Source: Welwitschia mirabilis (taxonomy: Eukaryota). From it: DNA of 64,000 nt. The stretch covers positions 49,199,645-49,263,644 of the forward strand of contig JBOZIK010000001.1 in assembly GCA_051453625.1 (NCBI GenBank). The letters run 5' to 3'. The notes beneath the pieces are model-generated. The model had not been told where the DNA came from, ran no database searches, and saw only the letters and a program-made list of their open reading frames with translations. The position numbers and the translations under genes are program-made. Within the stretch, counting starts at the first letter, position 1, and every line of letters begins with the position of its first letter. Below, in pieces: positions 26,139 through 38,319 of this stretch.

Positions 26139-27937
26139 TGTTGGAACATCTGGTTAATGATTTTACTTGTCAAATATTTTGTATTATTGTGTAGATAGGT
26201 CCTTGTAAAGAAAATTAGATCATAATAAGCACAAGTTAATGATAAATATTCAAAGATAATATCTTACAAAAAAGCTCAGAATTTGAAACACAAAATCAAT
26301 TATCTAAAGACATCTACAAAATGAAAGACGTCTATGGTAAACACATCTAAACCTTAAAGACATCTATGATGAAGATATCTATAGTTTAAATATGTCTATG
26401 ATGTAATATATTTTAAGTCACATGTTAAAGATGACTATCTTATTAAAGACAACTATGCTACAAATTGGAGTTGACACTAATAAAAGATATCTACATGTGT
26501 GAAGATATCTATGCTAAACTAAAATAGGTAATAAATTGATTTTATACTTTGATAAATATTTTACATTTTAGATATGCTATCAAGTTTTTCATGACAAATT
26601 AATGATCATGGATGACTATAGATAATCCAAAGAAGGTTTCCTTATTTTTTGGGCAAGTTCACTAAAGATGTCTATAAGGTCAAAATGTCTGACTATTAGT
26701 AGATGTCTATAATTTTGATTCACAGAGAATAAGAGATAATACAAAGAAAGTTTCATTATTTTCTAGGCAAGTTCATTGAAGATGTCTACTAGGTAAAGAG
26801 ATTTGATTGTGTTAGTATATGTCTATAATTTTGAAAATATTTTAAATTAAAGTTTATATTGATTAAAAATAAAAATATGCGTCCAATGCCTAGACGCTTG
26901 TATCCATTATACAGTGATTACAAAGTTTAAACAGATATTGTTTAATGTCAAATAGCAAATTTTTCTTCAATGGTATAAATATAAGATATCATGGAATTAA
27001 TGAGGCACTTGATACACTTTTCAACAATTATGCATTAAGGCCCATAATAAATAAATCTAGCTTAAAGGAAAAGATTGCATGGATGATTCCAACTATTAAT
27101 GAAGGATCTAAGCTATCATGTTATAAGGAACTTTTAGTGTCTATATATTTCGTTCTTTGATCCTACATTACTACATCATTCTATTGCACTTGTGATGACA
27201 ATGATAATAAGGAACTCAAGTCTTCTTCAAAGCTACATCATTCATGCTTCTTATTATATTATATTTGTTGGTTCATTTATTATTAGACTACCTCATTCTT
27301 GAATATTATTATAAAGTCCATTATTATGTTATCAAACTCATTGTAAGGTAACCCTTATACAGGTGTGTATTAAGGTTGTTCTTGTGAGTACTTGCTTTGT
27401 TATAATGTTTATAATGAGTCAAAGCCATTAGTTCCCTAAGATGAAGAGAGTGTTGTCTTGTAAGAAGACTCTCATTGTTGTAAGATCAGTGATGAGCAAA
27501 AAACCACTATTTCCCTGAGGGGAAGAGAGTGCTACCTTACAAGGAGGCTCTTCTTATTCTAAGATTAGTGATGAATCAAAACCACTATTTTCCTACCGGG
27601 AAGAGAGTGTTGCATTATGAGGAGACTCTTACTATTATAAGGTTAGTAGTGAGCTTAAACCACTATTTTCTATAAGGGGAAGAGAGTGCTACCTTGTGAG
27701 GAAACTCTCATTATTATAAAATTAATGGTATGTAAAAAAAACCACTATTTCTTATAGGTTAAGAGTATTTAGAGGTGTGAGAAGAAGCTATCATCTGTGT
27801 GTAGATATACTTAGGTTGGGAAACCACGTTATCTTGGTAAAATGTTTATTTTATTATGTCTTTTCATTTTGTATTTAGTTAAAATTTTTATTTAGTATGA
27901 ATCATTCACCCCTCCTCTCTGAATTCAATAATCCTTA
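26139..27937 (+). repeat. Sirevirus-like 5' LTR (~1.8 kb)
   Basis: Starts TGTTGG at the point where family A homology ends. It carries the U5 motif ATTCACCCCTCCTCT at ~27904 and is followed by TAGTATTAAAG (decayed Met PBS, 27940-27950) and a Copia gag. Confidence 0.75.
27416..27766 (+). repeat. ~78-80 bp tandem array, ~4.5 diverged units, inside the Sirevirus-like LTR
   Basis: Recurrent unit ...AAACCACTATTT(T/C)C....GGGAAGAGAGTG(C/T)T.C.TT.TGAGGAGACTCT..TT.TT.TAAG.TTAGTGAT. Confidence 0.9.
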
Positions 27938-27989
27938 AGTAGTATTAAAGTAGGTACTCATGAAAAGGAGTAACTTCCTTGAGTGAATA

Positions 27990-28640
27990 ATGAGAGGGGA
28001 CCATTCATTAGACCTTTACTCTTTGATGGAATAAAACTGTGCCTATTGGAAGATGAGGATGCATGTGTACTTATAATCTTTTGAATTTCAAGTATAACAA
28101 GCATAGAATATGGATATACAAATCCCATAAAAACTATAACAGAAACTACAATTAACACCATCACTCATATCAAACAAAGAAATGATTAGGAAAATGAAGA
28201 GAAAGAATCTTTAATGTATGATTCTAAAGCAAAAAATGAACCTTATTTAGCTTTAATAATAGAGGAGCTTCATAGAATATGAGGTTGTATGACAATACAA
28301 AACATTTGAAACGTCCTTATTGGAACATATGAAATAAATTCCCTTGTTAAGTAGTCAAAGCTACTTGTATGTATGAACCAATTCAAGAATCTCAAGATGA
28401 ACAATGGAGAGAGAGAGAGTTCATGAGTACTTCATAAGAGTCTTCAACATTGCAAATGTAATTCATGGCATTGGTGAAAGTCTTCTAAAAGCCAAATAAT
28501 ACAAATCATTGCTAGATCCCTAACCCCTAAATATAGGCCTAAAATTAAAGCCATAAAAGCATCAAGAGATTTCAATACCATTAAGATATAAGAGCTACAA
28601 AGTGCTTTAACAACATATGAAATGAATCTTTTTATGTGCC
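27990..28640 (+). pseudogene. Sirevirus/Copia gag remnant (DUF4219/UBN2-like), truncated
   Basis: Reads RPLLFDG, then (frameshift) AYWKMRMHVYL*S, and ends LQSALTTYEMN (cf. RPP.FDG.NY.YWK.RM and L.GSL.T.E). Confidence 0.8.
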
Positions 28641-29377
28641 AATAAACTAGTAAGATGTATAAAGTAAGCTCATATCAGTAGGATCTCCAATGCCACTTCC
28701 TAGAAATGAACAAAGCAAATAATGGATATGAGTGTAATTGTGATGAGAATTAGTAAGATTGTATTAGTTGGTAATAAAACGCAACTCTTAAATGCTCTTT
28801 TAGGAGTAATATTCCAATATAGATTTGGTTGTGGTCACAAAGTTCTTTAAAGTACTATTACAAGCATGATTAATTGCTACACCACTTGCATATTTTTTCT
28901 TCTCTTCATCTACACACTGTTACTATGCATTAATGATCGATAATTTGTTGATCATCCTTATTGCCTATAATGGATTCCCCTTTAATTATGCCATTTCCTT
29001 CTATTAGAAGGATTATTTTGAGAAATGTTTTAAAGAAAAAACTTGTGTAGCATCTTTCAGAAGTGTTCCTTTAGCAAATTATCTTTCTAACTCTAACATT
29101 GTTATCTTTCCTCTTAACTTGTAAAATAATCTAGACTACTGCATCTTTGCCCTTAATGGTCTACCATTGGCATTCATCCTCTCCCTTCATACACATTTCT
29201 CATTCCTCCTATGCACCCAAATGATACTCTAATGCATCACTTCACACCAACATTTTTTCTCATTGGTGTCCCTCAACACTTCCCAAATCTTTCTATGCAT
29301 GCCTTTTAATTTCATAATTTAGTGATCTCCTTTATGCCTATATAGCCTGCATCCCTTCTTTCATTCTTTATAGTGAT

Positions 29378-30481
29378 TGTTGTGTTATGTATTTGTGTAA
29401 TCGTTATACTCAAAAAGATCCTATCACTTATAATTAAAATAGATATCTTACACAATACATCATACTAGTATGAGTGGGAGTAGACCAAAAATGTCATATT
29501 CACGTTGAAGACTATGAGATGAGACTTAGGTTGCTTTACGAAATAAAATAGAAGCCAGAAATAAATACTAATGTAGGGAAATAAAGGAATGTAATTCAAA
29601 TGCAAAGTGAAACTAATCTAGATGAATGTAAAATGAGCTAATACTACTTGCTTTTAGCCTTAGAAAAAGCTACCCTTAATAATCTATATCACACAAGAAG
29701 TTGTTACTAGATTAAGGGTAACGTAGACCATAAGGATTAGTAGAAAATCTATAATGCAAATATGAAAAGAAAAAATAGTTTATATTAAGAAAGGATAACA
29801 AGCATCTTAGTTATAAAATAGTTGGATTTCAATGGAGGATACATAACCCTCTACTAAGTGCACATCTTTCTGTAAAACTTAAGATGGATCTCCTACACTT
29901 TGATCTCCTATCATGAGAATTTTTGATGTAATAAAGATGAAAAAAGAGTTAAAGGAGGACTTATTTACAAGAAAATATAGCTGAAAAAACAAACATAAGG
30001 TGTAGTTAGGTGCATCATTTATAATTCAAAAATGGATAAAATGATTAAGGGTCACCATTAGAGTAGGTTACATATTAGTATCGTCCTATCACCATTAGAG
30101 TAGGTTACATGTTAGTATCATCTTGACTATTATTTGAATGACATGGGGAATAACAACACATTATAAAATATGACTCATGCTAATGACTCAGTATTTAACA
30201 TCAGCAGTCATGTTCTGTCTATCATGGGGATGACAAAAGTGATAATAGTATTCTTTGATTATCTTCTTCAAGAGAACTTAGAATTTTTATTTATAAACCT
30301 TCTTCAAAGCTCTTTGCATTAGAAAGTATCTTTAATACATTAAATTTATATAAGAATTGCACTTTTCTAATATTTTCTCTTGTATCTCTAAAATCCCCAG
30401 AATTGTACCTAAACCTATATAAAAGTCTTATAAAATAACTCATAAAACCCCATTAAATAATCACAAATTAGTAGTGAAACA
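29378..30481 (-). repeat. LTR, family C (probably solo)
   Basis: Same orientation as, and homologous to, 35374-36280 and 45497-47267; reverse complement of 32762-33850. TAGTG lies near both ends (29371-29375, 30482-30486), a possible TSD offset by 2 bp. Confidence 0.8.
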
Positions 30482-30485
30482 TAGT

Positions 30486-32761
30486 GTTTCCTTCTTCTTT
30501 AAGGGATAAGCTTAATAAAAAACATTCTTTTCAAGATAAAGAAAAGAAAACTACTATCCCTTAGCTTGATAAATTAAATACCAATCCTATGTTTGATGAT
30601 CATTTAAAAGCCTTAATGCAAGATGTAAGCATAAATCTACCATTTTGTAAACTCTTATAAGAGAATCCTAAATAATAAAATCCTAAATACTATAAGTTTT
30701 GAAAAGACCTAATTAGGAGGAAATAAAAATAAACCATACCTAGTAAAGTCTTCCTAGCCAAATCTATAACCAACTTAATTTTGCAAAAATGTCCAAAATT
30801 TAAGGATCTTGAGGTAATAATGATTATTAATACATTAGAAGAAAATAACAGAATTATGCAAGAATTAATCGATATAAGAGTGTATGTTAATATTATACTT
30901 TTACACATTTATCAAAGAGTTAATTTTGAAAATAGTATTAAGCCTATATGTATTAGCTTAGAAATAGTAGATACATTAGTAAAGAAATCTTTAAGAGTTA
31001 TAAAATATTTGGTGATTCAAATTGAGAAATCTTATTATCCAGTAGATGTGAAGGTGATAGAAGTTAAGCATAATAGAGGTTATCCACTACTTCTAGGTAG
31101 AGAATTTTGTGCAATAGCCCATTGTATTATTGATACAACAATTGAAATGATGAAATATCACTTAGGAAATAAGAAGTTTACTACTAGATTTTTCAATGCC
31201 ACTAAAAAATACTTAGGTGATAAGTGAAATGTAAAAGAGGAAATTAAGCCAATCTTATTTATATAGCATTATCCACTATGGTTAATGCTTCATAAGCCTA
31301 TCTTATATAATGATCCATTTGAAGTGAAAGTTGTTAATCATGATAAACTCAACTATGAATATCTAGGAGCTATTTATTTTGATCAATAGAATGAAGAAAC
31401 TAAAATCATAATCTATGAAGAATTCCAACATCTGAAAATAACTGAGATTTCATATTTTGAGGAAGATCGTCTACCCCTATCATTTGGATGATGGTTAGAG
31501 ATGAAAATCAATCCTAAGAGAAAATAATAGACATTGAAAATTTTAATTTAAAACTGAAACTTTTACCTAGTGATCTAAAATATATCTATCTGTATAATGA
31601 TTAGAATAAACCTTTGATAATAAATGAAGATCTTTCCCCTCAATAAGAATCAATTTCAATCTCATGTTTAAGTTCTAAAATTAATGCATTTACTTAAATC
31701 CATAAAGATTTAATAGCCATTTCTACTTTCATTATTCAACATAAAATCTACTTTGAGGATGATACAAAACCTATTAGAAAACTTCAAAGAAGACTAAATC
31801 CATTCTTTTAACAAGTTGTAAAAGATGTTAGAATTATTTATGCCATATCTAATAGTGAGTGGGTTAGCCCTTTGATGGTAGCATCTAAAAAAGGTGAAAA
31901 GTGAAGAATGTGTATTGATTTTAAAAATCTTAATGATATTTACCTTTTCTCGACCAAATTATTAATAGAATATAAGGATATTCCTTTTATTACTTTTTAG
32001 ACAAGTATAGCGGTTATAGTTAGGTTTGTATAGCTAGTGAACATCAAATAAAAACAACTTTCATTTCATATTTTGGAATATTTTCCTTTAGATACATGCC
32101 TTTTAGACTTTTAATACCCCTAAAACTTTTTAATGTGTAATGATGGGTAATTTTTTGACTATGTTAGAAGATTTAATTAAATTTTTAATGGTTGACTTCT
32201 TAATCTTTAGTGAAAACTTTAAATAAATCTTAGAAAGGTTAGAGAAAGTCCTTGATAGATGCATTAAGAATGGCTTATATTTAAGTTAAAAGAAGAGTTT
32301 ATTTTTAGTTGATAATGAAATTGTCTTAGGTCACCACACTTGTAGTAAGGGAATTAGGATGGACCCTAAAAAAGTAAGTATCAAAAAAAACCTAACTCTA
32401 CTAATAAATATAAAGTAAGTTTAATATTTCCTTGGTCACTATAGTTTTTATCACTATTTCATTTATGATTATACTAAAATTTATAGGACCCTTTACTTAT
32501 TACTTGGAAAAAAGGCTAAATTTGATTAGAATGAATCTTGTAAACTTATTTTTGAAACACTTAAAAAAAAATCTCTTCTGTATCTATAGTAACAGGACCT
32601 AATTAGAATAAATATTTTAAATGTTTAATGCTAGTGATATTATCATGGATGGGTTTCTCAGATAAAAGTATGAAAATGATTTTAAAATTATATCTTATCA
32701 TAGCAAAACTATATCTAAATATCAATTTAATTACACTACTATTGAAAAAGAAATATTAGCT
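30486..32761 (+). pseudogene. Athila-like Ty3/gypsy pol remnant (protease-RT-RNase H), cut by a family C LTR
   Basis: Reads INLPF..L (~30630). ORF 30781-31227 contains PKFKD, LID and PLLLGREFCAIA (cf. PIILGRPFLATA). Further motifs are IIYAISNSEWVSP...*RMCIDFKNLN (~31833-31935), LDKYSGY, MPF and EKEILA immediately before 32762. The PR-RT-RH order is gypsy. Confidence 0.9.
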
Positions 32762-35273
32762 TATTATGTTGCCAATTTGTGATTATTTGATGGGGTTTTA
32801 TGAGTTGTTTTATAGGACATTTGTACAAGTTTAAGTACAATTCTGAGGATTTCCAAGAAATGATAGAACATCTTAGAAATGTGCAATTCTTATCTAAATT
32901 TAATGTATTTAAGGCATATTCTAATGCACAGATATTTAGAGGAGGATTATTGATAAAAATACTAAGTTTCTTTTTAAAAATATAATTAAGAAGACCATCG
33001 TCCTTTCTGTTGTCCCCACGATAAGCAGGACAATGACACTATTAGATGCTAATGAGGATTGATAAATCACTACTGAGACATCATGCTGAGTTACCTTTTG
33101 TAATGAGCTATCATTCCCCTTGTCATCTAGATGACAGTCCAGATGACACTGACATGTAACTAACTTTGATAGTGATCCTTGACCATTTCATTCATTTCAT
33201 TTATGTAAAAAGTACATCTTTTCACACCTTTTTTTTGTTATTTTCTGCTATAAGTTATTATAAATAAGTCCTCCTTTGATTCTTCTTCTCATCTTAGTTG
33301 CATCAGAAATTCTCGTGATAGGAGATCGAAGGGTGGAAGATCCATTTCGAGTGCTGTATAAAGATATGCACTTGGTGGAGGACTATGTATCCTCTATTGG
33401 GGTCCAACTATTTTGTAACCAAGATGCTTATTACTCAATCTTAATATAAACCTTGTTTTTTTCATATTTTCATTGTATATTTTCTAATAACCTTTATAAT
33501 CTATGTTGTCCTTCATCTGATGATAATTTCTTAGCTAATCTAGATTATTAAGTGCAGCCTTTATTAAGGTTAAAAGAAAGTCATGTTAATTAATTATGCA
33601 TTTCATTTAGATTAGTTGCACTTTACATCTGCATTGCATTCCTTTATTTTCTTACATTATTATTTATTTTTAGTTCCTATTATTCCATTTGACAAAGTAA
33701 CATAAGTCTTGTCTCATAGTATTTAACATGAATATAACATTTTTTATCTACTCCCACTCATACTAATGTAATGTATTATGTGAGATATCTATTTTATAAA
33801 TGACAAAATCCTTTTGAACTTAAGACCTTGCACAAATACACATTGCAACAAATTAGCGTTGTTGCCAGGGAAGGCTATTGAGGAGTACAAGATTTTCATC
33901 ATTTGAATGAGTATATTAGACTGTTGTTTGATTACTTATCTATAGTAACATTGTATTTTATTAAGAACTATAGGTTTTCTATGTGTAGCTTTTTGGCTTT
34001 AGTGTCCCTTTTGTCATCCATACAATAAGATAAGATGATAGTCTATAATTTTTGTTCTTAGTTTTATTTTCAAATTTCAAATTTTTCTACAATAAATTAG
34101 TCTCTGTTGTCTTCTATGCCATATGGATGACTAGGTGGACAACATTCCTATTCTCTAAGTTTTTTACTTTCTATTTTGATTTCTATTTTGTTTTTATTTT
34201 TATTGGTTTCTGTGTGTGTCATTCCTTCTGCTATCCCCATAATAAATAGGACAATGGTGTTGTTGTTTATCTTGTTTTCTATTGTTTACTATTTATAGGA
34301 TGCTGTGACATGGTCAACATAGAGAAAAGATATCAAAGAGAAAGATTGCTAATAGAGAAGAACATTAAAGAAGGGCTAATAGATATAGAAAATGAGTCGA
34401 AAAGACAATCTCCAGATTCACTTAACCCTCCTTCTAAATTTATTCTTTCTGAGTTAGATTTCCTTTAAAAAAACCCTATAGAAGGAGAAAACTAGCTCAC
34501 AATATTAAGTACCTATCATAAGAAAACATAAGTTGTAGGATCTTCTACCCCTAATGCAAATATTACCCTTAGAGAATTATTAGCCAATAAGAAAAGAGAG
34601 ATTCAAATATCGTTTTACCTACCCCCAGGAGATAATGTTGAACTTAAAAACTTAAATCCCTATCCAACTTTTAATGGAGAAGATAATGAGTATCCCCTTC
34701 AACACATTACAGACATTGTACAACTAATCCTTACATCAAGGAATGGGAAAAAAAAAATTAGTAATAGAACATACATGATAATCTTTCCCATGACATTAAG
34801 AGGTATAGCAAATATTTGGCTAAAAACTATTCCCCACAAAAGCTTAAAAACTTGGGATCAAGTTTGAAAAAACTTTGTAAAAAAATTTATGAGTGAAGAA
34901 ATCATGAGAAAAAGAAAAAAGGAGGTAATAAAATTTCAATAAAAACTAAATGANNNNNNNNNNTCTACCATTCTAATCTAGTATATTTTTTTTCATCAAC
35001 AGAACTAATAGACTACTTTTATAGTGGGATAACTCCATACAAAAAACAACTTGTAGATTTTTTTTATGAAGGAAACCTCATGAACCTTACATTAAATGAC
35101 ACTTGGACAAAATTAAAAGAACTTGTGAAAGTTAGTTAAACTTAGTTAACTCCTAAATAAAATCCAACTATAAGTCAACTCATCAAAGACTTAAAAGATT
35201 AGTGTTATAAAAATCACCCAAATTTAAGATCTAGGAGTAGCTACGATGAACGTTACTTTAGAGGGAAATAAAA
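32762..35273 (+). mobile_element. Family C Athila-like element: 5' LTR, PBS, leader and gag remnant, ending at or near a gap
   Basis: The LTR at 32762-33850 ends TTGCAACA. The PBS is TAGCGTTGTTGCCAGGGA (33854-33871, decayed TGGCGCCGTTGCCGGGGA). The gag reads LPPGDNVELKNLNPYPTFNGEDNEYPLQHI and IFPMTLRGIANIWL...LKTWDQ (34620-34865). Confidence 0.85.
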
Positions 35274-35373
35274 NNNNNNNNNNNNNNNNNNNNNNNNNNN
35301 NNNNNNNNNNNNNNNNNNNNNNNNNNNNNNNNNNNNNNNNNNNNNNNNNNNNNNNNNNNNNNNNNNNNNNNNN

Positions 35374-36280
35374 TAAAACTAAATAACAATAAAGTAAATA
35401 AAAGATGCAATGCAAGTGTAAGATGAAACCTAATCTAATATGCAATGTAAAATGATCCTAACACTACTTTATTTTATCCTTAACAAAGGCTGCCCTTGAT
35501 GGTCTATATCACCTAAGAAATTATCACTAGGTCAAGGGCAACATAAACCATAAGCTCATCTAACAAAACTAACATGCAATAAAGAAAATAAAGTTTATAT
35601 TTAATCAAAAAAAAAATCTAGGTTACAAAATAGCCGAGCCTCAATGGAGAATACACAGCACTCCACCAAGAGAACGTCTTTCTGCAATATTCGACATGGG
35701 TCTTCCCTCCTTTAATCTCTTAGCACGAGAATTTCTAGTGTAACAAAGATGAAAAGGAGAGTCAAAGTGGAACTTATTTATAACAAGACATAGCAAAAAA
35801 TAACAGAAGAAGACCCTCCAAAAACATGCTCTTTTATAAATAAGAAATGGATGAAATAGTCAAGGGTCAACTATCAAAGTTGGCTATATGTTAGTGTCAT
35901 ACTAACTGTCGTCTGAAAAACATGGAAAATGATATCTCATTATAAAAGATAACTCAGAATGATGACTCAACAATGATTTAGCAGTCCATATTAGCAAGTA
36001 ATAGTGTCATTGTCCTAACTGTTGTTGGGACACCATAGGAGATGATGGTCATCTTTGATCATTGTGTAAAGGAAAAACTACCCTTTTTGTCAATAATCTT
36101 CTTCCAAGGCTCTATGTATCAAAATGTTCTTTAAATACATCAAATTGGATAATAATTGAACATTTCTAAGATCTTATATTAGTTCTCCAAAATCCTCATA
36201 TTTGCATCTAAACCTGTGTAAATGTCTTATAAAATAGCTCATAAAATTCTATCAAATAACCATAAATTGATATCATAACA
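35374..36280 (-). repeat. 3' LTR, family C (left end in or before the gap)
   Basis: Homologous to 29378-30481 and 45497-47267, with an adjacent PPT. Confidence 0.85.
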
Positions 36281-38319
36281 TAGCCCTCCACTTAACGTTT
36301 ATCAATATCCGATAAAAATCAGGCCAAAAAATTATAATTGCAAGCTAATTTGTCTTATAACAAATCAATTTAGAAATTTTAAAACAGGCTCATAATACAC
36401 ATCTCATAACAAAATAACACGTAATGCATACTGTGTATGAAAATTTTAAAATTTTGTATCATGAAAGCTCTAAAATAACTCAAAAATTTGTGAAAATGGA
36501 CCATGAACATGGGTTGTACCCATTCCCCTTCCCAAGAAAAGTAATACATCCTATATTAGAAAATAAAGCAAAAGAAAGTAGATAGGAGTGAGAAGGTAAT
36601 GATGGGTAATTAAAATTGGATATCTTTCGAAAGGATGTGTGAAGCTGAGTAAAATGTCAAATGTAAAAAATATGAATGGATTAAATATTCTGATAAGGAA
36701 AATGAAATGATTAAGAGAAGCATTAAGAACTCAAAAATATGGGAAACAAACATCACAAAAATATGTATGCAAGTAAGAAATTAATTTTTTATTGAAAACT
36801 TTGAATAAGGAAAATATGATAAGAAAATATGGATATGACTTTGAAATAACTAACTAAATAAAGAAAATAAAAATAATGGATATAAGGTAACATAAACAAA
36901 ATATATCTTACCTATTTGACATTTTAGCCTAGCAGACTCCGATAAAAGAAATCATTAAAAATCACTTGATTTAAAAATGCATGACATAATGTATAAAAAA
37001 TTTCATTCGATAAGGCAATGATGATAATGATGCTAAAATAAAATGCTTTAAACAATGAATGATCAGACCAAAGAATTGCTTAAAAATGAACTCATATACC
37101 AACATCTCAAAACAAACACCAAAATTTCAAAAAATGAAATGATCATGTGGAAGGACTAAGAGTCTAAGAAATAAACAATGCCTCTGATGATACCAAGGGC
37201 ACCATTAATCCTGTAGCCTTATAGTTTTTATTTTATTTACATGATGAGGGGGGTAAAGCCACCATCAGAGAAGTAAGAACACACAAAGAATGACCAAATA
37301 ACCTCCTAGGGGAGTTCCCACAGCTATCATATTATACTGCCAAAGGATCCTCTTAGAAATATTTGCCCCAGTGTACTTGTGGTAGGACATCATGGTGACC
37401 ATTTTTTTGAAATATTTAAAATAAAATATTATGGTCTTATTTCACCACTCTTTTTTTTGTAAACCAAATATTCCACATGACCAAACAATCCAAAAGACAA
37501 AGGTAAAGTCATAAGATTAAGACAAAAAAGAACACCCTTAATCAATTTAAGACATTTTCACGATTGAGAAAAATATTAAAAATAAAGCATCTTCCTTCAA
37601 CTGAAGTTTATAGACATGTGAATGTCTTAAGATTGGGTGAATCCAATCTTACTATTGAAATGCTCAAGTCAAAACACTAANNNNNNNNNNNNNNNNNNNN
37701 NNNNNNNNNNNNNNNNNNNNNNNNNNNNNNNNNNNNNNNNNNNNNNNNNNNNNNNNNNNNNNNNNNNNNNNNNNNNNNNNAGTCAAAGACTAGTTATGAA
37801 AATAAATACATAAATCATGTTTGAAAAATAATCAAGTAACACTATAATAACCTCCAAAGGAAAAAGCTAAGAGAAAATTCAAACAGTTTGCTCAATTAAT
37901 TCCAAACATTTCTCATTATCTTTCTAAAATTTTTAAGCAATCAAGTTAGAAATTTCAACAGAGTTACTAAAATGTATTTTCTTCAAAATAATGGAAAACT
38001 AAATTATTTCTTAACTAACTATCATCCTGCTCATTGTCTAGATGACAGAGAGGATAACAAAGATAGGAAAAAGAAATAGAACACAGAAAACTTATAAAAA
38101 AATTAAAAATAAAAACTGTCATCTTGTCTATCATCCAGACAATAGAGGAGACAACATATTATTATTGGAAAAATAGAAAACATGGACTATAAACAAAAAC
38201 AAAAACTGAAAGTAGAAAATAAAAACTAAAATTATCAAAACAAAAAGCTAAAAATCAAAATCAAAGAAACTATGAAAGCCAAAAATGAATAATCTTAAGG
38301 TAAGAAAATTTTATTCAAT

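Noticed and set aside
27416..27766. CRISPR-like periodicity
   Set aside because: Whole units are homologous with no unique spacers, the context is a eukaryotic LTR, and there are no cas genes.
28650..29375. Unassigned segment between the Sirevirus gag and the family C LTR
   Set aside because: No motif or homology I could support; left uncalled.
33854..33871. tRNA-like sequence at PBS sites
   Set aside because: Only the ~18-nt primer-binding complement, with no cloverleaf, so not tRNA genes.
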